In this document: piece by piece, positions 59,325-64,000 of the stretch
Position numbering within the stretch: the first letter of the stretch is position 1
Layout: each line of letters starts with the position of its first letter
From: Hyphomicrobiaceae bacterium
GTDB lineage: Bacteria > Pseudomonadota > Alphaproteobacteria > Rhizobiales > Hyphomicrobiaceae
Direction: 5' to 3'
DNA length: 64,000 nt
Assembly: GCA_020638055.1 (NCBI GenBank)
Contig: JACKJH010000001.1
Span: 863,520 to 927,519, forward strand
Position numbers and translations under genes: made by a program
The notes under the pieces: model-generated
Database searches by the model: none
The model's input: the letters and a program-made list of their open reading frames with translations, nothing else
Told to the model about the DNA's origin: nothing

Positions 59325-61082
59325 TCAGCGGCGAGTTGGAAGTGGCGGTCCATGCCTGACAATGTCGATTGCCGCTGTCATGCGGGCGGAGTTTTGTTTC
59401 CACCAAACAGGATCGAACCGAACTGCTTCGCGTAGGTTCTGGGGCGCAGTTGGCAAGAAGGGCTCAAGGTCCTGTCCTGTCACGGCGTGGCGCATACCAA
59501 CGGTTCCGGCGATGGCGGAGCGTCGTGTCGGCCCGTATGGAATCTGTCGCGCCAAAGCCGCGAGTTGTTGCGGCCCGGATGCAAACGCAACGAACTGCTT
59601 TGCGCGCTCCTTATCAGAAGCGGTTTTGGGGATTGCGAAATAGGACAGGTGCAGTGATTGGCCATCCCAGATCAATCCGAGAGGACCGGTTCGGGCCTGT
59701 TCGATGAACGCATGACCATTAGATGTGAGCGCGATGGTGGCATCGCCTGAGCGTATCAAGTGAATTGCCTTTGACGGGCTGTCATACCATACAATGTCGT
59801 TGCCCAGGGCTTTGAGCCGCTGTAGTGCACGCATAAGCCCATCACCGGTTTCCAAAGTCGCATATACGCTATCGGGGGAAACTCCTTCGGCAACCATCAG
59901 CGCTTCGAACAACCCATGGCCATCGGCAGGAAGTGCGCGTTTGCCCTGATATCGCCGGGTATCAAAAACGTCTGAGACGGTGCTAGGTGCGCGCTTTTTA
60001 AAGCTGCCGGGGTCATAAACGAAAAGATTCGACCAGGACATCGCCGCGATGCCGCAAGGCTTCAATGCGCCATCGAGGAAGTCGTCTGCCGCGCCGGGCG
60101 GTGGTGCGTTTGGCTGAAGTTCGGCTATGTCGAGTGATAGAAGCTCATCTTTGCCGCACCGATCAGCGAGACTTGCTGCATCGAGCATCACCACATCGCC
60201 GGGACGGCCCTGATCGGTGGTGGCAGCGTCAACTTCGATACCGGTATTTTTTGCAAACGGCATTAGTACGACGCGCTGGTAGGCTTGGGAAAAAGCACCT
60301 GAACCTGTTGCGACTGACAATTTTTCCGGTGCTGCCGCGGGCTTCTCGACGGCTTGTTGTGGTGATGGCTGCGGCGGTGCATCCAATGTAGTTGGAGGTT
60401 CATTTTCGGATGCATCCCGTGTTGTGGCAGGACTCTCAATCGCTGTGGCTGCATTGGTTGGTTGCTCGCCACCTCGTTGCTCTGGTTCGGCCGAAGAGGT
60501 GTCGTCAGCAGATCTATCATTGGCACTCTTGCGAGCGGCTTGGTCTGCCGGGTTCTCATCCGCGTGAGCTTCCGCGGGTTGCGCTATTGGCTGCGTTGAT
60601 GTTTCGGCTTGTTCGGCGGGTTCATCAGGCGATGCTGAAGACTTGGCATTGCCTTCGATTTCATTTCCGGTGTCAGCTTCAGTGGCTTTTGCGTTGCCGC
60701 TGTCGGGTTGGGTTGGTGCACTGCCGGGCGCAGATTGTACTGTTGATGGCGTTGCGGCCTCAGTATTGGTGTTGGAAGCATCCGCATCCGCATTCGCTGG
60801 AGCGCTTGAATCAGCACCAGGCTGCGCGTCAGTGTTTTTCTCAATCCCTGCCTTCGTATCGGCGGTGCCCGGTTCCGTGATTGCGGTATCGGGTGGCGCT
60901 TCAGCCGGTAGATTTTGCTGTTTGGTTGTTGCGTCGCCTGCATTCGTGGCATCAGGCGCAGCGGGCGTTGAGGTTGCCTCGCCTGCGGCGGCGTCAGCAG
61001 GAGATGAAGTCTGTGCGAGGCATGGTGGCATCGTCATCGCAAGAAAGGTGAAGGCCACAATGCTGAGGCGAACAGGTGTCAT
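59325..61082 (-). CDS. secreted solute-binding protein (ABC-type SBP fold) preceded by a ~280-aa Ala/Pro/Thr/Glu-rich disordered linker
   Basis: Signal peptide MTPVRLSIVAFTFLAMTMPPCLAQ. The C-terminal ~300 aa have an SBP-like pattern. No ABC permease or ATPase adjacent. Confidence 0.55.
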   Translation of the reverse strand: MTPVRLSIVAFTFLAMTMPPCLAQTSSPADAAAGEATSTPAAPDATNAGDATTKQQNLPAEAPPDTAITEPGTADTKAGIEKNTDAQPGADSSAPANADADASNTNTEAATPSTVQSAPGSAPTQPDSGNAKATEADTGNEIEGNAKSSASPDEPAEQAETSTQPIAQPAEAHADENPADQAARKSANDRSADDTSSAEPEQRGGEQPTNAATAIESPATTRDASENEPPTTLDAPPQPSPQQAVEKPAAAPEKLSVATGSGAFSQAYQRVVLMPFAKNTGIEVDAATTDQGRPGDVVMLDAASLADRCGKDELLSLDIAELQPNAPPPGAADDFLDGALKPCGIAAMSWSNLFVYDPGSFKKRAPSTVSDVFDTRRYQGKRALPADGHGLFEALMVAEGVSPDSVYATLETGDGLMRALQRLKALGNDIVWYDSPSKAIHLIRSGDATIALTSNGHAFIEQARTGPLGLIWDGQSLHLSYFAIPKTASDKERAKQFVAFASGPQQLAALARQIPYGPTRRSAIAGTVGMRHAVTGQDLEPFLPTAPQNLREAVRFDPVWWKQNSARMTAAIDIVRHGPPLPTRR

Positions 61083-61300
61083 GAAAAAGTATCTCCAGCG
61101 CCGGCAAACGATGTTGCAATTGGGGCGAATAACTTTGAACGGGGCGCAGCATAGAGGCTGTTTGCGGTACATGGAATTCCCATATCGGCAGCATCATTTT
61201 TTGTTTTCACGTATATGACGCGCAACCGCTGCACACGTCAGCCAATCGTTCTTGAGTGACTGTCAATGCATTGCTGTTGTGGCACCATCTAGATGCAATG

Positions 61301-63259
61301 TCAGTTTTTTGCTGTGGATGCTGCTGGCGGCACGCTCTCAGGCATCGCGCCTACAGCGGGCTGATCCAGCGGGATGAAGCGAATCTCGGGCCGGGCGAAT
61401 GGTCCCAATATATGGAGCCCGCCACCTGAAACTTTGGATTTCGTGCCATCCGCACGGTCCACAGCAGTTGCAGGCGCGAAAGCAAAAGTTGAATTCTGAA
61501 CGGGTGGAATGCCGGGAGCTGCTTGCCCCACAGGGTCATTCTCGGCGCCTTTTGGAGGATGTGTAATCCACATTTTTATGTCGCCGAACTGTTCAGGGAA
61601 ATTCAGAATTCCTGTCATCGTAAGGCTTGCGTCTCCCGCACGCGCTCCAACATTTTCTGCAGTCAGTGTGCCTTCGGTGACCTTGAACTCACCAATAAGG
61701 CCTTCCAACGTGGTTTGCCCACGGATGGCTCCACCCCAGCCTTTTTGAGTTTGCGCTCGTGCCGTTGCGGCCAAGGTTCTAAGGTCCAAAGCAATCTGGC
61801 CACTGCCTTGCTGTCTTATGGCAACCTTTCCGCCCAGCGTTCCCAGGATCTTGTCTGCGCTTTCGCCATCGGCCTTCAGGTCGAAGGTCACGTCACCCAT
61901 GCCCGACACGAAGCTGTAGGACCATAGTGCATTTGACAGCAGAGCTACATCTGCCGCCTCGATCTTGCCACTCAAGGAATAGTTCGGGATGCGATCTTTG
62001 ATCTTGAATCCGAACTGGCCGCCACAGCGGCCACCATTGGCAAGTTCAAACTCTGCCAGATCCGCAAGCAGGACGCCGTCCTTGAGCGAGAGGGATGCAG
62101 CAGCCCGGCCGAATTTTGATAGTCCGAGCGTCACTTCACCTGTCGAGATCCTCAAATCGGCGTCGATCTGGCCAACGATAGGAAATTGTGGGGATTCCAT
62201 GTGCGGCGCTGCAAAGAAGCGCGAAATGTTGAAAGCGGTTTCCAGTTTTTGACTTGGTGGAACCAGATAGGGTGTGATGTTGAACGTCGTAAACGCCAAT
62301 GTTCCATCCACCGAAGGCCTTGCACCGCCCCACTTGAACGTCAACGTACCTGTTGCAGGATGACTGTCCAACTCGAATTTTGCTTCTGAGAACGCGATGG
62401 AGCGCGGCGAAAATTCAAGCGGACCGCTGGCCTTGAACGTGCCCAGGCTGCTGCCATTGCCGAAGTCAAGTCCGATCCAGCCAGCAAACTGGCGCAGATT
62501 GGCTATTTCAACTTCTGAGGTCGTGGCCGATAGTTGCGGCTCATCTCCAGCCGATAGCGTACCAGCGGCGGAAAAATTGATAACTTCACTCACCACCTTG
62601 ATATCGAGTGCTCGGCCAATCGCCGCACTGCCTTTGGGCATGCTTGCCTGCAATTGGGCTTCTGTACCCATGTTGATCTCGAAGGAAACCTTCTGGCCGC
62701 GGTATTCAAACGAGCCGATAGCCTTTGCTTTGGTGGCATTGGTCTTTGTAACGTCAAGAGTAACGTTGGAAAGCGTGGCGTGTTCTCCATTGCCGCGACC
62801 CAGGCGCAGGTGTGCCTTGCGTAGCTCCAGGTTGGTGAAGGACAATTTCATCAGGGCTTGGAGTAGTGGTGCCATACTCTGCGAGCTGTCTGGCGCCAAG
62901 GGATCGGCCGATTGAGTAGGAGCCAGAGATAGCACCGCATCGTCCAGGACAAGATTTGCAGAACCATGCGTCAGCAAGGCTAGTGCTTCGGCAGCCCCAA
63001 GGCGTCTTTGCGTGCCCGGGTCAGATACAGACAGGGTGCCGGTTTCAATCATGATATTTGGGAACAGCGGGAGGGCTACCGGCTTGGTAAGGGTAAAGCT
63101 GTTGCCGGTGGCCGCTTCTACAAACGCGGTGCCAATCGACATGGTGCCGAAAGATACATGATTGACCACCGGAGCTAGCACTCCCGCACCAAGTCCGGCG
63201 CTTGCAACTACGGCCAGCGCAACGGTGCGACTAGGTCTACTATTTGAAAGCCTGGTCAT
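61301..63259 (-). CDS. AsmA-family outer-membrane biogenesis protein
   Basis: N-terminal signal anchor, then a long beta-rich body with an AsmA-like C-terminal region. 652 aa. Confidence 0.55.
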   Translation of the reverse strand: MTRLSNSRPSRTVALAVVASAGLGAGVLAPVVNHVSFGTMSIGTAFVEAATGNSFTLTKPVALPLFPNIMIETGTLSVSDPGTQRRLGAAEALALLTHGSANLVLDDAVLSLAPTQSADPLAPDSSQSMAPLLQALMKLSFTNLELRKAHLRLGRGNGEHATLSNVTLDVTKTNATKAKAIGSFEYRGQKVSFEINMGTEAQLQASMPKGSAAIGRALDIKVVSEVINFSAAGTLSAGDEPQLSATTSEVEIANLRQFAGWIGLDFGNGSSLGTFKASGPLEFSPRSIAFSEAKFELDSHPATGTLTFKWGGARPSVDGTLAFTTFNITPYLVPPSQKLETAFNISRFFAAPHMESPQFPIVGQIDADLRISTGEVTLGLSKFGRAAASLSLKDGVLLADLAEFELANGGRCGGQFGFKIKDRIPNYSLSGKIEAADVALLSNALWSYSFVSGMGDVTFDLKADGESADKILGTLGGKVAIRQQGSGQIALDLRTLAATARAQTQKGWGGAIRGQTTLEGLIGEFKVTEGTLTAENVGARAGDASLTMTGILNFPEQFGDIKMWITHPPKGAENDPVGQAAPGIPPVQNSTFAFAPATAVDRADGTKSKVSGGGLHILGPFARPEIRFIPLDQPAVGAMPESVPPAASTAKN

Positions 63260-63835
63260 GAGTGTGTGTGCATATAAAGCCAGAACGAATTTACGTTGCT
63301 CGTTGTAGGTTCTTCATGTGCGCAATTTCGGTTCAGACCCGGTCTTGTCGCGCGCGTCACAACCAACGCGAAATGTGCTGGAGCAAATCGGCCTTCTCAT
63401 TGGCCTCCCCCTGGCTGGTTACAGTGAGTCATGTTCCAACTGTCAATCTTGTTGTCAGGTGCATGGCTCTTACAGGCGTTCCGTAGTCTTGTGCGAAAGG
63501 AAATGCGCTAATCGAATTGCCCCGCTCAGTTTGCCCCGCTCAATCGCGCATGTCAGTTCCATCGAGCCTGCCGTCAAATTCGGAGCTGCATGTTACCTTT
63601 TACTTAGAACTGCTCCCGACAACTGGCAAGAGGCATTCACCTCCTTGAAAAAGTCAAAAATTAGATGCCTGACGTGTGTAATCCGTGCACATCTGTACAT
63701 TGGCCAAGTATTGCTGTCAGCGCCGGAGGTCTTGTGCGGAAGCGAGCGGCAAAATTGCATCGTTTCCGAGATCTTATTTTCGAATTCCTGAAGTGCGCGA
63801 AATTGGCAGCGGCGCCAGCCATTTTCAATCTACAT

Positions 63836-64000
63836 CCGATTCAGGGGCTGCCCGCGCACCGGCGCGTCCGCCAGCAACCGCTTTGTGCAGTAGCAGCACT
63901 GGAACAAGGCCTGAAACAACGATTGCCAGAGCGCCGAGTGCTGCTTCTTCAAACTGTTCGAGTGCTGCGAAGGAATAGACGTGTGTTGCCAATGTATCGA
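63836..64000 (-). CDS. 3' end of a minus-strand ORF running off the window (hypothetical membrane protein)
   Basis: Reverse frame reads ...ALGALAIVVSGLVPVLLLHKAVAGG...ESDVD-stop. Weak evidence. Confidence 0.25.

Overview
This is a 64-kb window of high-GC (about 60%) alphaproteobacterial chromosome, Rhizobiales-like in gene content: a bioBFDAZ operon with bioZ, a class I LysRS, a NodQ-like CysN/CysC fusion and MbfA. There are about 55 protein genes, almost all housekeeping or envelope-related and densely packed on both strands. I see no integrase, transposase, phage gene or CRISPR array. Recognisable blocks are: pyrD-DUF952; a GmrSD-like DUF262/DUF1524 nuclease; lysK; a sugar-nucleotide/PAPS cluster (UDP-GlcA epimerase-like, manC, orphan cysNC-like, cysQ, rfbCBDA); a metal/regulator block (mbfA, ModE-like wHTH, HTH-PBP regulator, LMF-family protein, GMC oxidoreductase, zupT); two tandem tRNA-like genes; an SPFH protein plus a 173-aa partner; bioBFDAZ; small housekeeping genes (grxC, comF, mutT, TPMT, argJ, PPIase); secA; and glpK / DUF4212+SSS symporter / glpD. 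The most notable non-genic signal is a family of modular palindromic repeats (modules A, B and C, joined at CTAG) at six intergenic loci. One copy lies between the DUF4212 gene and the symporter gene and leaves a continuous 787-aa reading frame. Other points worth a second look: an msrA with an apparent +1 frameshift in an A7/T7 run; a CysN-CysC fusion without CysD and with a degenerate G domain; tRNA-like genes with non-canonical features; a 1077-aa SecA with in-frame insertions; a 250-bp AT-rich segment; and several conserved hairpins. All calls rest on motif and domain recognition by eye, with no database searches run.
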